The notes: generated from the sequence alone by a model not told the origin. 64,000 nucleotides of DNA from Flaccisagitta enflata (GCA_965153355.1 OZ231126.1:22754001-22818000), one strand, 5' to 3'. Counted from the first letter of the stretch, positions 13,907-27,782 are shown. Numbers and translations are program-made.

Positions 13907-14228
13907 TAGGGGTGTATATTCTTGAGTCGCTTTTGGTTCCCCCCCCCCCCACCTTTGATTTTATTCCCCGCAGCGCATCGCGTCGCGTTTTTTACATCTA
14001 TGATTATCTACCCCATATAGCAATAAAACTATGTAGTTTAGGTTTAAATTATGTTAAATTGTGTTTTACTAATTGAGTTTTATGATTTGGTACTGTCATA
14101 AGTTATATTTCCCCCAAATTTCCTTTTTTTCCTTTTTTCCCCCATTGATTTCCTTCCCTATCTCCAGACCCTTTGATTTCCCCCCCCCCCCCCGGGGTGG
14201 GGGAGAAACTCAAGAATATACAGGCCTG
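13907..14228. mobile_element. hAT-type MITE
   Basis: TIRs TAGGGGTGTATATTCTTGAGT / ACTCAAGAATATACAGGCCTG and a perfect 8-bp TSD CAATCGAA (13899-13906, 14229-14236). A partial second copy lies at ~57310-57535. Confidence 0.88.
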
Positions 14229-14559
14229 CAATCGAAACAAATCAACAACAAAACCGAAATAAAACAAAAGAAAAAACAGGATAACAAAACAACAGTAAAA
14301 GAAATAACAAGAATCATAGATATAAAAAAATCAGAAAAAGAAATGAACGAAAAAGGAAGAAGAAGAAAAGAAAGAGAAAAAAGAAGAAAAAGAAGGAGAG
14401 CTTGTGAAACTGGTATTGATGAGACATGAAAACAATTTTACCCTAGCCTCAGGCAACTAAAAGTTCACATTCTTCCTTAAATCTTTACGATCTTATTAAG
14501 CCCTCTACGATTAAGCCTGTCGGTCGGTTTGTCATTTTCTGTTGTGTATTTTATTCTTA

Positions 14560-14668
<109 letters not shown>

Positions 14669-14784
14669 TTATCTCATCATTCTTGTAAGTCTTATCATTG
14701 AATGATGATACGACGTGACGCGTCATTGGATCATTCACCAAAATCACTCATCAATATGATAGTGTTCCAATAAAAAGTTTCCAA

Positions 14785-14878
<94 letters not shown>

Positions 14879-15512
14879 GTGATATTCACCTGCCGTGAAA
14901 AAATGAAAGATGATTAACAACATTTGACTTTGATATGCAAAGGGTTATGATAGATCAGGATTTTCGGCACGACCACCAAGGTATTAGGCATAATCAATGA
15001 CATATGAAAAAACAAGGTCATTAGACCTAAGTCGCGTGCATCGGCACTTTCAAAAAATGTCAGGCAGACAGACGGACACAATTTTTTTTTTCAAAAGCAC
15101 TTTTTAAAAGGCTCTCTAGACCTCTAAGTTTCTTCTCTGCCATTCAGAGCCGTCAAAAACGTGATAAAAAGCCTTAAAAACGACTTTGTGACGGACCGAC
15201 CGACCGACGGACCGACGGACCGACCGACGGACCGACCGACAAAGTGGCTTATAGAGTCGCGTAGCACGCGACTAAAAAGAGAAAAGAAATCTTTGCAATT
15301 TGTCATTTGATTTTAATCCAAATAAATAATTTTGTTTTTTATCTAAGCTTCCCTGATGACAGACACATTTCGTTCACTCCATCTGTTACTTTTTTGCCTG
15401 TCCGTTATGCTGCCTGATTCTTTTAAATCTCACATTGTCTCTCAATGTCTCTCCAACTCAATTCCCTTTTTTCTTTTTCTTTATCTCCTTTTTCTCCTTT
15501 TTCTTTTTCTTT

Positions 15513-16047
15513 TTCTTCTTCTTCTTCTTCTTTTTCTTCCTCCTCTTCTTCTTCCTCTATTTCTTCTTCTTCTTCTTCTGCTTCTTCTTCATCTTCTTCT
15601 TCTTCTTCTTCTTCTTCTTCTTCTTCTTCTTCTTCTTCTTCTTCTTCTTCTTCTTCTTCTTCTTCTTCTTCTTCTTCTTCTTCTTCTTCTTCTTCTTCTT
15701 CTTCTTCTTCTTCTTCTTCTTCTTCTTCTTCTTCTTCTTCTTCTTCTTCTTCTTCTTCTTCTTCTTCTTCTTCTTTGTCTTCCTCTTCTTCTTCTTCTTC
15801 TTCTTCTTCTTCTTCTTCTTCTTCTTCTTCTTCTTCTTCTTCTTCTTCTTCTTCTTCTTCTTCTTCTTCTTCTTCTTCTTCTTCTTCTTCTTCTTCTTCT
15901 TCTTCTTCTTCTTCTTCTTCTTCTTCTTCTTCTTCTTCTTCTTCTTCTTCTTCTTCTTCTTCTTCTTCTTCTTCTTCTTCTTCTTCTTCTTCTTCTTCTT
16001 CTTCTTCTTCTTCTTCTTCTGCTTGTTCTTCTTCGTCTTCTTCTTCT
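15513..16047. repeat. (CTT)n microsatellite, about 530 bp
   Basis: Directly visible. Confidence 0.98.
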
Positions 16048-17062
16048 TTTTCTTTTTCTTTTCTATTTTTCCATTCTTCTTCCCTAAAAGGTTTCTTTTT
16101 CCACCTTCCTGTAAGTTAAACAACTTATTCATTAGACCTGTTAATTGACAATACTTTTACAGCTGAACTTTGCAATAACGGATGCCAAGTTACCAATAAA
16201 TTTCATCTATTATTGACAGATTTCCTTAACAGATAAGATACATACAAATAGTAATATATGACATGAAGGGACAAATATTTTATATCAATAGTAAGCAAAT
16301 TGCTGTTACTTTTGGGTCGATTGTAGCAGGGTGTAACTGTATTTGAATCAGCATTTCATTTTTGGGAGGCTCTTTGAGAGTTTAAAAATCTTTATGGAGA
16401 ATATATGCGCATTTTTTTCGAAGTTATTTTCATCACAGTCACAGTCACTTCTTCTTCTTCTTCTTCTGCTTCTTCTTCATCGTGTTCTTCTTCTTCTTCT
16501 TCTTCTTCTTCTTCTTCTTCTTCTTCTTCTTCTTCTTTTTCTTCTTCTTCTTCTTCTTCTTCTTCTTCTTCTTCTTCTTCTTCTTCTTCTTCTTCTTTTT
16601 CTTCTTCTTCTTCTTCTCCTTCTTCTTCTTCTTCTTCTTCTGCTTGTTCTTCTTCGTCTCTTCTTCTTTTTCTTTTTCTTTTCTATTTTTCCATTCTTCT
16701 TCCCTAAAAGGTTTCTTTTTCCACCTTCCTGTAAGTTAAACAACTTATTCATTAGACCTGTTGTTTGACAATACTTTTACAGCTGAACTTTGCAATAACG
16801 GATGCCAAGTTACCAATAAATTTCATCTATTATTGACAGATTTCCTTAACAGATAAGATACATACAAATAGTAATATATGACATGAAGGGACAAATATTT
16901 TATATCAATAGTGAGCAAATTGCTGTTACTGTTGGGTCGATTGTAGCAGGGTGTAACTGTATTTGAATCAGCATTTCATTTTTGGGAGGCTCTTTGAGAG
17001 TTTAAAAATCTTTATGGAGAATATATGCGCATTTTTTTCGAAGTTATTTTCATCACAGTCAC
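16021..17062. repeat. Recent tandem duplication, period 620 bp, with (CTT)n between the copies
   Basis: 16021-16442 and 16642-17062 are nearly identical (e.g. the same ORF start at 16343 and 16963). Confidence 0.92.
16160..16339. mobile_element. Small TA-flanked MITE (duplicated at ~16780-16959; related copy at 47620-47776)
   Basis: Termini TA-CAGCTGAACTTTGCAATAACGGA ... TTGTAGCAGGGTGTAACTG-TA. Confidence 0.65.
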
Positions 17063-17312
17063 TCAGAATAAACTTGTATGATATAATCAAACTGAGTGAT
17101 AACAAATACAAGATACCAACACAACCCATTTGCTACACATGGGTATATTTTAGTGCCAATATGAAAAAAATACAAAATTGGCATAATTCGTTCAAAATAC
17201 TTATATATTAGAGCAAATCATATTACGTTTGAATCTTTTTAGCAGGGTGTGACTGTAGCAAACATCTGAAAAAACAATTGATTTCATCTTCATTGGTAAA
17301 TCGAGTGCATCC

Positions 17313-17414
<102 letters not shown>

Positions 17415-17834
17415 CCCTACGCCGCATCACGAGGCTTCGTACTTCTCTCTTCAGAGGATGAAATTTCTTCACTCTCCGTCGACTCTCTCTCGACTTTCGT
17501 CCCGTCGACGCAGCGGCGCTTCCTCAACCTCGTCTTCATCCCCTCCTCTTTCTTCTCCTGCTCCTCCTCCACCCCCTCCTCTTCCTCCTCCTCGCCATCA
17601 TCACCCTTCTTTTCACTTTCATCATCATCTTCTACTCCTACTTCTTCTTCACCATTTTTTCACCTTTTTCTCATCTTCATCATTATCATCATCATCATTA
17701 TCAACATCATCATCAGCAGCAGCAGCAGCATCATCAGCAGCATCAACATCTTCATCTCCTCCAACTTCTTCTTCATCTGCTTTACCCGGTTTGAATGGAG
17801 ATATAGAGATTTTTCCGCGAGCCACCGCCGTCTC

Positions 17835-17865
<31 letters not shown>

Positions 17866-17898
17866 TCTTTCTCTTTTTCTCTTTTTCTCTCTTTCTCT

Positions 17899-18008
<110 letters not shown>

Positions 18009-18167
18009 GCATTCTCGTCCTGCACTGTGGCCACGTACGTACTTCCGGATTTACCCAACCACCGGGAATTATTCGATCAAAATTCCTTTTTCTTTCTCTT
18101 TTTTTTCTCTCTCTCTCTATTTTGAATTTTTTGGTTCGGTTCTTTTTTCTTCGTCTTGGTCAGATGA

Positions 18168-18378
18168 AAACAAGGCCGGATACACGGCAACTCTAGTCGC
18201 CTGCGGGTTGGTAGGGGCAGTGACAGAGAAGGTTACCAGGGCATTCAGGCGGGAGTGGTGAGCCAAAAAAGCCCACAAACGCCGTTATAAGGGGACCCAC
18301 CGACCAACCAACCAACCAACCAACGGAGAGACGGATGGACATAGCGGTGTGTAGAGTCGCATAAGACGCGACTTAAAA
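18168..18378 (-). mobile_element. HINE-like family A copy
   Basis: AACAAGGCCGGATACACGGC...GACGCGACTTAAAA is the reverse complement of the family A consensus. Confidence 0.7.
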
Positions 18379-18537
18379 AGATCCTATTCGGTTTGATTTG
18401 GGCAGGGGTACAGCAAGAAGAAAATAGAAGATGCTTGATCAGCACACAGACTACGAAAACGAAAACGAAAAGGGTGAAATAAAACGAAAACGAAAAGAGT
18501 AAAACAAAACGAAATTAGTTATTGAAAAGAAGTGTTT

Positions 18538-18642
<105 letters not shown>

Positions 18643-18854
18643 TGTCTATGTCTATGTTCTATGCAAACACAAAAGTGAAGAAAACAAAACAAAAACAAAA
18701 ACAAAACCCATTGTAAAAGAGTAAACGATGAAAAAATATTCTAAAACGAAAAAAAGAATGTCAACATCGTCTACGCCTCAAATTCATTTATGCTTTTGAA
18801 AACTTTTTATTCTTTGGATGTGAAACGTCCGTTTTCGACCAACTCGATTATTTT

Positions 18855-18889
18855 CTGACCATTTTCTTTTCTTTTTCGTTAACTTTCAG
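18855..18889 (+). promoter_or_regulatory. Splice acceptor of a 5'-UTR intron just upstream of the collagen ATG
   Basis: Branch-like CTGAC at 18855, a polypyrimidine tract, and CAG at 18887-18889, 21 nt before ATG 18911. Confidence 0.6.
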
Positions 18890-18910
18890 TGAGAGCTTCG
18901 CGCCGTTAAG

Positions 18911-21900
18911 ATGTGGAGGGACAAGGAAAAGTCCCGTCGCCATCCTGGCGCCTCGATAGCCGCGAGTCGTAGTCATCATAGGAGTACTTCCAGACATTCT
19001 TCCAATCCATCGTCGCTACATCAAAATTCATCCTTCATCTCCGCATCCTCATCGTCGTTTTTCGCATATTCCTCATCCCTCATTTTCGCCGTTTTGTGTG
19101 TCATCGCCTTCACCGGCGTCTCCAGTTCCAGCGTCCCATTGCCAAAAGGGGCGTATGATTTACTCAGTGCTGTGAACATCCAATCCTTCCCATATGGAGT
19201 CAAGGAAACCGTTGGTATCTGTACGAACCGGCCGCCGTACGTCACGGACAGTAACGGTTATCCCGTTGGGAAACCCGACGTTGCTTATCGGTTAAATGAA
19301 GATGCTCAACTCAGCGTGACGACGAATACGGTTTTCCCGGATGGATTCCCTCAAGATTTTTCCATCCTGGCCACCATTCGACCAGACGATCAAAATTCCG
19401 CCTTCTTGTTCACCATCTACAATGGGCAAAATGGCAACGAAGAATTGGCAATTCAGGTTGGTCCCAGGCCTTTGTTTTGGTATGAAGATGTGAATGGAAG
19501 ACCTGGCCGTGAGAATTCGCCAAGATTCAACAATATCAATCTGTCTGATGGCAAGTGGCACAGAGTGGCATTTTCTGTGAAAGGTGATTCCGTGACTATG
19601 TTGCTTGACTGCAAGGAAAATCAGACGCTTCCTTTGAAGAGGAGCAATCCATCCAACATTGATCTTACTGGTATCATAATTGTTGGAAGGCAGTTGATGG
19701 AAGATGCAGTTTTCAAGGGAGATATTCAAGATTTGATCATTGTCGACAACCCTGAAGCGGCTTATTCTCATTGCACCTGTTTGTCACCTGACTGTCAAGT
19801 TCCATTTGACACTGCAGAAAAGGCGTGCAAGTCTGGATTTGGTAAGGGAGTTGTCACACGGTTTGATGGACATCGAGGCAGCTCTAGAGGATCCAGGTCT
19901 CGCTTGAGCAGGAGTGAAGCGAATGCTCGGCTGAATGAAGAAGCTGGTGGTTATGGCTTTGGATCATTTGGTGATGAAGCTGTTAGTAGTGTCGGTGAAG
20001 GAGCCTTTGGAGCAGCTGGTGGTGAGATTGGTCTTGCACCAAGTTTGTCTGGTGGTGACTATGAATATGGTGAAGCTGAATCAAGCCAGTTTGGAGGGTG
20101 GGAAGGATCAGGAGAGGCTGAATCTCCTGCCGCACCTGGACCAGGTGGCAATGCATACTACATTCCAGGCCCACCAGGACCCCCAGGATGGCCGGGACCA
20201 CCAGGACCAAATGGACCCAAGGGAGAAAGAGGTTTACCTGGCCGAGATGGTATTGCTGGAGCAGATGGTTTACCAGGACCCCCTGGCCATGTCTTCATTA
20301 TTCCATTGCAGGGACCAGATGGAAAAGGTCCAGATAACGCTGAGACTTTCAGGCAAATGCTCAGTCAACATATGCTTGCCATGAGAGGTGCCACTGGACC
20401 TCAAGGTGTTGCTGGTCTGTCTGGTGTTCCTGGTTCACCAGGTTTTGAAGGCCCCAAAGGTGAACCTGGAGATGGTGGGGAAGCTGGTCCAAGAGGAGGC
20501 AGAGGAGCAATGGGACCTCCTGGCAGAAATGGAAAGCGTGGTAGAACAGGTGGTGATGGAGAGCGTGGAAGAAGTGGTCCCCCTGGAGCCAAAGGAGAAC
20601 AAGGATACCCTGGAATGCCAGGATTGCCAGGTCCCAAAGGACACTTTGGTTTACCAGGGTTTCCAGGAAAACCGGGTAGTGATGGACCAACTGGAGAGCC
20701 TGGAGAAGATGGACCCCAAGGTCAACCAGGATCTCAAGGTGATATGGGACCCCGCGGATTTTTGGGACCAAGAGGACAGCCAGGTCCAGCTGGACAGCCA
20801 GGTATTCCTGGCTTGGAAGGAGCAGAGGGTCCAAAGGGCTCCATGGGTCCCATGGGTGGACCTGGTAATCCAGGAACTCCTGGGCCATCTGGTCCCATAG
20901 GTCCACCAGGTTCTCAAGGTTCAATTGGACCACCAGGTATGCCAGGTCCAGTTGGAAAGCCTGGCCTCCCAGGTCTGCCAGGTGCTGATGGTTTGCCAGG
21001 TCTTACAGGAACTGGTGGTTCCCCAGGAGAGAAAGGTGAATCTGGTCCCCCTGGACCTCAAGGTATCCTTGGATATCCCGGAGTGCGTGGAGTTAAAGGA
21101 GATGCTGGTGGAAGAGGATACCCTGGTGAAAAGGGAGACAAAGGTGCTGCAGGTATTGACGGATTTAAAGGAGCGCCTGGTCAATCTGGTGAAAAAGGTA
21201 AACCAGGACCACGAGGTTTACCAGGTGAACCAGGACCTGAGGGTCCCAAAGGATTTGAGGGTCCACGTGGAGAAGCTGGTCCTCCAGGCCCCTTTGGTGA
21301 GAAGGGAAAAATGGGTATCCCTGGATTCCCAGGCTACCCTGGAAGAAGAGGAGGAAAGGGTGACCGAGGACTGGTTGGTAAAAGAGGCAGAGATGGCTCA
21401 ACTGGCCCACAAGGAACACCTGGAGCTGATGGGGATAGAGGAGAACCTGGACCAAGAGGCCCGAGAGGTGAACGTGGAATCAGAGGTATCCCTGGACCAG
21501 TTGGAAACAAAGGTGAAACAGGCCCTCCAGGAACTCCTGGAGCCTCAGGCGCTCCTGGCCTTGAGGGAAATAGGGGTCCTAGTGGCTACCCTGGTGCCCC
21601 TGGGCCTTCAGGTATTCCTGGTAAAGATGGATTGGTTGGTTTGCCAGGTGAAAGAGGTGAGCCTGGAAGCCCAGGTCAACCTGGTCAACCAGGACCAGTT
21701 GGTGTCGTTGGACCACCTGGACCTGGTGGAGAAACAGGTCCAGCTGGAGATCGTGGTGTGCCAGGTAACCCTGGTCTACCTGGAGAAGCAGGACTTCCAG
21801 GTGAGTCAGGAAAGCCAGGAGAAAGAGGATTACCAGGGCCAGCAGGAACTGGAGGAGCTGAGGGGCCACCAGGCTTTCAAGGTTTCCCTGGTGAGAGAGG

Positions 21901-24226
21901 CTTGCCAGGACCCCCAGGAAAAGATGGAGGAAAGGGAGAAATTGGACCTAGTGGACCTAATGGCCCAGGTGGTGATAAAGGTGAACAAGGCATGGCTGGA
22001 CCCCCAGGTGGCCAAGGCCCTGTTGGCAGACCAGGTCCTCAAGGAGAAATCGGACTTCAAGGTGGCAAAGGAGATCCTGGAGAACCTGGCATTAATGGTG
22101 TGCCAGGAAGAGATGGCTTGCCAGGTGGAAGAGGTTTGCCTGGTGCTCCAGGACCTGTTGGAAGACCAGGAGAAGATGGTGATAAAGGAGATCCAGGACC
22201 TGCTGGTGAAAAAGGATTCAAAGGTGACTTTGGTCTTCAAGGACCACCTGGATCCCCAGGCAAACAAGGACCAGAAGGACCTATGGGCCCAATTGGACCA
22301 CCAGGAGAAACTGGAGCTAAAGGTCCTCAAGGTATTCCAGGTACAAAGGGAGATGAAGGTCCAAGAGGCCCACCAGGTGTTCCAGGACTTCCAGGATTGC
22401 AGGGATTACCAGGTCCTCAAGGAGGAAAAGGGGACTCAGGTGATCCAGGACAGAGAGGACCACCTGGTCCTCCAGGACCACAAGGATCTCCAGGAACTCC
22501 AGGAGCCCAAGGAGAAGCAGGAACACCAGGGCCACCAGGAACTGAAGGAGCAAGAGGTGGCAAGGGTGATCCTGGCCTTCCAGGTTTAGTTGGAAATCCA
22601 GGCAAAGATGGAGAACCAGGCCCCCGTGGTCTTCCAGGGGCAAAGGGTGAAGATGGTTCACTTGGTCCACAAGGACCCCCAGGCCCAAGAGGTCTTCCGG
22701 GAGTTGAAGGACCAAAGGGTGATCCAGGACCAACAGGTTTCCCAGGAAACGCAGGTCGCCCAGGCCCTCCTGGTCCCAAAGGATTGGATGGATTGCCAGG
22801 CATCAATGGAGACCCTGGACCGCTTGGACCCCCAGGAAAAGATGGACCACCAGGTGAAGTTGGGCTTCAAGGCCTCCCAGGCAAGCAAGGACCATCTGGC
22901 CCACCAGGTGTGCAGGGCCCCTCAGGACCAATTGGGCCTAAAGGTGATGCTGGTCCCATTGGTACCCAAGGTCCTCCAGGCGGTCCAGGAGGTTTGGGAC
23001 CACCTGGTCCAGCTGGAATTCCAGGATTGAGAGGATCAATTGGACCCCAAGGAGATGTTGGACCACCAGGACCATCTGGTGCACCAGGACAAGCTGGCAT
23101 AACTGGACCACCAGGACCAGGAGGTCCTAAAGGAGATCCTGGCCCCAAGGGAACAAAAGGTCATCCAGGTGCCATTGGTTTGATGGGTCCTCCAGGTGAA
23201 GCTGGACCAAAGGGAGATACTGGACCTAAGGGACCTCCAGGAAAAGTTGGATCAAAAGGAGACCCAGGAATTGCTGGCCCAGATGGAATTTCTGGTGCTG
23301 ATGGACCTGCTGGGCCCCCAGGACCTGAGGGTTCAAGTGGACCAAAAGGACAAACTGGACCTGCTGGAACCAAGGGAGATGCTGGTCCAGTTGGACCTCC
23401 TGGACCTCCAGGACCACCAGGTGAGGCTCAGTTAATTCCTCCTGACTTTATCAGTCCACCAAAGAGTGCTGCTAGAAGAAAGAGAGATTTGGATGAAAAC
23501 AACAAAATCTCTGAGGATGATCTTCATGTTGGAGAGCATTATGTCAATGTTGTGTCAAGAATTGTGGATTATCTGGACAACATGCAAAAGCAGTTGGATG
23601 GCATTACTAATCCAGTTGGAACTAAGGATGAGCCAGCCAGGTCATGCAGAGATTTACATCAAGGACACCCTGATTTGCCAGATGGTTGGTATTGGATTGA
23701 TCCAAATTTGGGCGTCATCAATGATGCCATCTATGTGTATTGCAACATGACAAGATCTGGAGAAACCTGTGTCAAACCCACACAAAATACACGCACTATG
23801 CCCCAGAGGTGGTGGAGAAAAGAAAGTGAAACAAACAAGCCATTCTCAAAACTGAAAGGTGGATTTGATATTGAGTATGATGATTCAGTGCAACTCACAT
23901 TCCTCAGACTTCTCAGTGAGGAAGCAAGGCAAAACTTCACCTACTTCTGCACAAATTCCGCTGGCTGGTACAACGTTGATGACTACTCATTGAATTGGGC
24001 TTTGGTCCTTCAAGGTCAAAATGACCACGAGTTTGATACCAAGTACTTCACCTCACAGCAAGTTATCTACGATGGCTGCAGAAACCGTCGTTCTCAAAGC
24101 TACACAGTCTTTGAAGTCAAGACAAAGAAGTTGAACCAGCTACCACTTGTCAACTTCGTACCCAAGGATTACGGCGCTGGATACCAAATGTTTGGATTTG
24201 AAGTTGGTGCTATTTGCTTCAGTTAG
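18911..24226 (+). CDS. COL11A1-like: Clade-B fibrillar procollagen alpha chain (collagen V/XI-like), single coding exon, 1771 aa
   Basis: The ORF has a hydrophobic leader (aa 57-70) and a TSPN/LamG domain (~19154-19750; [29 protein letters not shown]). An acidic/Gly variable region is followed by a minor helix ending [13 protein letters not shown]. The uninterrupted Gly-X-Y major helix spans 20387-23428 (3042 nt = 338 triplets). Then come a furin site RRKR (23474-23485) and a COLFI C-propeptide ([34 protein letters not shown]). Confidence 0.97.
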   Translation: MWRDKEKSRRHPGASIAASRSHHRSTSRHSSNPSSLHQNSSFISASSSSFFAYSSSLIFAVLCVIAFTGVSSSSVPLPKGAYDLLSAVNIQSFPYGVKETVGICTNRPPYVTDSNGYPVGKPDVAYRLNEDAQLSVTTNTVFPDGFPQDFSILATIRPDDQNSAFLFTIYNGQNGNEELAIQVGPRPLFWYEDVNGRPGRENSPRFNNINLSDGKWHRVAFSVKGDSVTMLLDCKENQTLPLKRSNPSNIDLTGIIIVGRQLMEDAVFKGDIQDLIIVDNPEAAYSHCTCLSPDCQVPFDTAEKACKSGFGKGVVTRFDGHRGSSRGSRSRLSRSEANARLNEEAGGYGFGSFGDEAVSSVGEGAFGAAGGEIGLAPSLSGGDYEYGEAESSQFGGWEGSGEAESPAAPGPGGNAYYIPGPPGPPGWPGPPGPNGPKGERGLPGRDGIAGADGLPGPPGHVFIIPLQGPDGKGPDNAETFRQMLSQHMLAMRGATGPQGVAGLSGVPGSPGFEGPKGEPGDGGEAGPRGGRGAMGPPGRNGKRGRTGGDGERGRSGPPGAKGEQGYPGMPGLPGPKGHFGLPGFPGKPGSDGPTGEPGEDGPQGQPGSQGDMGPRGFLGPRGQPGPAGQPGIPGLEGAEGPKGSMGPMGGPGNPGTPGPSGPIGPPGSQGSIGPPGMPGPVGKPGLPGLPGADGLPGLTGTGGSPGEKGESGPPGPQGILGYPGVRGVKGDAGGRGYPGEKGDKGAAGIDGFKGAPGQSGEKGKPGPRGLPGEPGPEGPKGFEGPRGEAGPPGPFGEKGKMGIPGFPGYPGRRGGKGDRGLVGKRGRDGSTGPQGTPGADGDRGEPGPRGPRGERGIRGIPGPVGNKGETGPPGTPGASGAPGLEGNRGPSGYPGAPGPSGIPGKDGLVGLPGERGEPGSPGQPGQPGPVGVVGPPGPGGETGPAGDRGVPGNPGLPGEAGLPGESGKPGERGLPGPAGTGGAEGPPGFQGFPGERGLPGPPGKDGGKGEIGPSGPNGPGGDKGEQGMAGPPGGQGPVGRPGPQGEIGLQGGKGDPGEPGINGVPGRDGLPGGRGLPGAPGPVGRPGEDGDKGDPGPAGEKGFKGDFGLQGPPGSPGKQGPEGPMGPIGPPGETGAKGPQGIPGTKGDEGPRGPPGVPGLPGLQGLPGPQGGKGDSGDPGQRGPPGPPGPQGSPGTPGAQGEAGTPGPPGTEGARGGKGDPGLPGLVGNPGKDGEPGPRGLPGAKGEDGSLGPQGPPGPRGLPGVEGPKGDPGPTGFPGNAGRPGPPGPKGLDGLPGINGDPGPLGPPGKDGPPGEVGLQGLPGKQGPSGPPGVQGPSGPIGPKGDAGPIGTQGPPGGPGGLGPPGPAGIPGLRGSIGPQGDVGPPGPSGAPGQAGITGPPGPGGPKGDPGPKGTKGHPGAIGLMGPPGEAGPKGDTGPKGPPGKVGSKGDPGIAGPDGISGADGPAGPPGPEGSSGPKGQTGPAGTKGDAGPVGPPGPPGPPGEAQLIPPDFISPPKSAARRKRDLDENNKISEDDLHVGEHYVNVVSRIVDYLDNMQKQLDGITNPVGTKDEPARSCRDLHQGHPDLPDGWYWIDPNLGVINDAIYVYCNMTRSGETCVKPTQNTRTMPQRWWRKESETNKPFSKLKGGFDIEYDDSVQLTFLRLLSEEARQNFTYFCTNSAGWYNVDDYSLNWALVLQGQNDHEFDTKYFTSQQVIYDGCRNRRSQSYTVFEVKTKKLNQLPLVNFVPKDYGAGYQMFGFEVGAICFS

Positions 24227-25422
24227 CACCAGAAGAAGATGAACCCTTGGCTGTCTACAATCTGGCATAATTAGTTCTCATCAATTGGTCATCATCGTGG
24301 TAAATATTTGGTAAGCTTTAGGGGATTTCACTTGAAGAGTGACACTACAGGTTTAACTAAGATTGATTAGTTTTAGTTATGTCAGAGATATCAACAAAAA
24401 TGTGATTATTGAAATTTTGGATGTAAATGGTGTTGTAAATCATGGAATTGGTAGATTACTGAAACTTTTGTTGTAAAAATATCGAAACTTAAAGCGCGAG
24501 TTGTCTGGAAGTAACTAAATGTAAATGACATCACCTCAAGACATGCTTGAATTTACCTAAGCTTGTCAAATTCCAACTGCTATAAAACTGCCATTTTCAA
24601 ACTCATAACCGGCTATGCAAAGCCGTCCCTGTCAAGATAATTAGTTCAAATACCAATGAGCATTTTTACTCACACCAATTCCACGCTGAAAATCTATTTG
24701 AGGTTCAGGATGACTGTGGCCAGTCTAAAAAAGTACAATCCAATCACCAGCACCTCTCGGGAACAGATAATTTAATTCAGTGCTGGTAATCAATTCGCAT
24801 AGTTTGTCTTAGAGTCATTTTTTTGTCTTTGTTTTTGTCGTTATTGTTAGCATTGTTTTTGTTGTCTTTGTAACTGTTGTTACTACTTCCAAGGTGCTAA
24901 GTTCCCCTCTCCCCTTTTTGTCATTTTTTTTAGTATTGACTTTGTCACGAATGTCATTGTCGTCGTTTTCGCTGTTAAAGCTTCAATGACGCAAACTTTG
25001 CCATTTATTCTCAAAATCTATTCGCATTTGCGTTCGAAAGTATCAGTATATTCAGCAAAAGTTCAATACTTAGAATAATATCGTAGCTATCATGTCCCCA
25101 CCGTATAGTTCTGGCGTTTATTTCAATCTAACGTAATTAGAAATGTCCTCATAAGAAGCCTAGCGAATATTAAGAAAAAAAGTTTTAAAGCCTTTATTTG
25201 GTTGTTGATGTAAAAAAACGAGCTTGTATATTGTGTATGAATGCAAAAGCGCCTCGGGAAGAAAATGAAGAATAAGGGTGCCTTTTTGGTGCTCACGACT
25301 CAACACCGGCGTCCTTACCAACACGGCAACAGTTTGAGCGTCATTCTCGTTCTCACGCCTCTCGCGTTGTCCATGTCCGCGACAACGAATTCATCTTGGA
25401 ACGGATCGTCATCAATCATCTC

Positions 25423-25533
25423 GGGATGCTTCGTCGATTACATCCCGGAATGCCTCGTCGATTAAATCCCGGAATGCCTCGTCGATTACAACCCGGAATG
25501 CCTCGTTATCTACACCATGGAATGCCTCGTCGA
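25423..25533 (+). repeat. 24-bp tandem repeat (CCCGGAATGCCTCGTCGATTACAT), about 5 copies
   Basis: Core GGAATGCCTCGT at 25447, 25471, 25495 and 25519. Confidence 0.85.
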
Positions 25534-25761
25534 TCTCGCGTCCAAATCATCCGGCGTTGCGGCGTCGTCATTCTCTCAAAACTTCGACGCCGTCATTTCG
25601 GATTACTTCACGACGCCGTCGGCGACACCATCTGCAACGTCGTCTGGAACATCATCTGCAACGTCGTCTGGAACATCATCTAAATCTTCATCGTTACAGC
25701 AGAAATTTTGTTCTCTTTTGGTAAGTTAATCCGCGTAAGAAATGAAAGACTAAACAAAAAC

Positions 25762-26526
<765 letters not shown>

Positions 26527-27705
26527 AGAAATATGTAATGATAAATTACGTGGGCCCTGGGGCAAATTCTTTCAATCGCCATTAATTACTTTTTTTCTTT
26601 CTTTCTTTTTTTTCACTCTCTCCTTTCTTTTAGACTTTTCGTCTTCGAGGATTTGGTCCACGTTTTTCACCTCGATGACAGCAGTCCAAGGCGGAGTTAA
26701 GACAAAAAAATATATAAAAATATACAAACATAATTTGGGAGTTTTTAACGAAAAGCATACTAAAAAAAAACAAGAAATGGATTCTCCTCGACAGACAAAA
26801 AATTGAAGGGAGAAAAAAAGACAAAAAGAAAACGAAGAAGATAAAGAAAAAAAAAAAGAAAGTTCAAAAGCCGGCTTTAAATCTTCGTCGCTGCTTTAAA
26901 CTAATAAATTTAGAAAGAAAAAGAAAAAAAAAACGCAACACAAAAAAAAAACGGCTGTGTTCTGAAAAAAAGTGCCAAGAATATTCAAAAAAAAAAAAAA
27001 GAAAGACAAAATCGTTTCCCGTCGCCGCCTAAGCTACATTCGGTTTGGATTGTAGCAGCTGTGCTCGCTGCTCCTAAACGTCGACGGAGGCAGCAGCAGC
27101 TGCCGGAACAACTACGCTGACCACAACTGCAGCGGCACAAACAATTACAGTAACGAGAGCTGCAGCAGCAGCAACAACAACATCGGAAGCGATATCGGCC
27201 ACTGCGGTGTTCGACGCCAACGCCGAACCGGAAGTAGATTTTCGGGGACGATAACTCAACGGTACCTTTGATGGAGCCGCGCTGACATGGCGCCACCTCA
27301 TAACTTCATCACCACTCGCTGGCGCCTCTACATCACGGCGTCACGTCATCATAACGCCACGTATTCGTGGTGCCACAACAAACTGGCGCCGCGTCACCAA
27401 AGCGTTTCTCCATCAAGGCTCCACGTCTTCAGGGCGTTACTCCATCCTGTCGCCGCTACGTCATAGCGAAACACTAACGTTTGATGCTCCGCTCTCGCAA
27501 TTTCTACAAAAACAAAAAAGAAACTAACAACAGAACAACAGAACAACAGAACAACAGAACAACGGAACAACAACGCTTCGACGTAGCGATAAGAAGCTGG
27601 GACTAACACCATCGGAGCTTTTCCAGAATTCATGTAAGTGACATGTGGGGACTATTATTGCTTATTTAATACTTCATGATGCAATTAGGAGTTCTTGAAG
27701 ATAAG

Positions 27706-27782
<77 letters not shown>

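Noticed and set aside
19935-23750. Alternative-frame and antisense ORFs inside the collagen, some with Gly-Pro repeats
   Set aside because: These are shadows of GGN/CCN codon periodicity and have no independent domain signal.
26985-27296. Cys-rich 103-aa minus-strand ORF
   Set aside because: The Cys runs come from (GCA/ACA)n triplets; there is no signal peptide or domain pattern.
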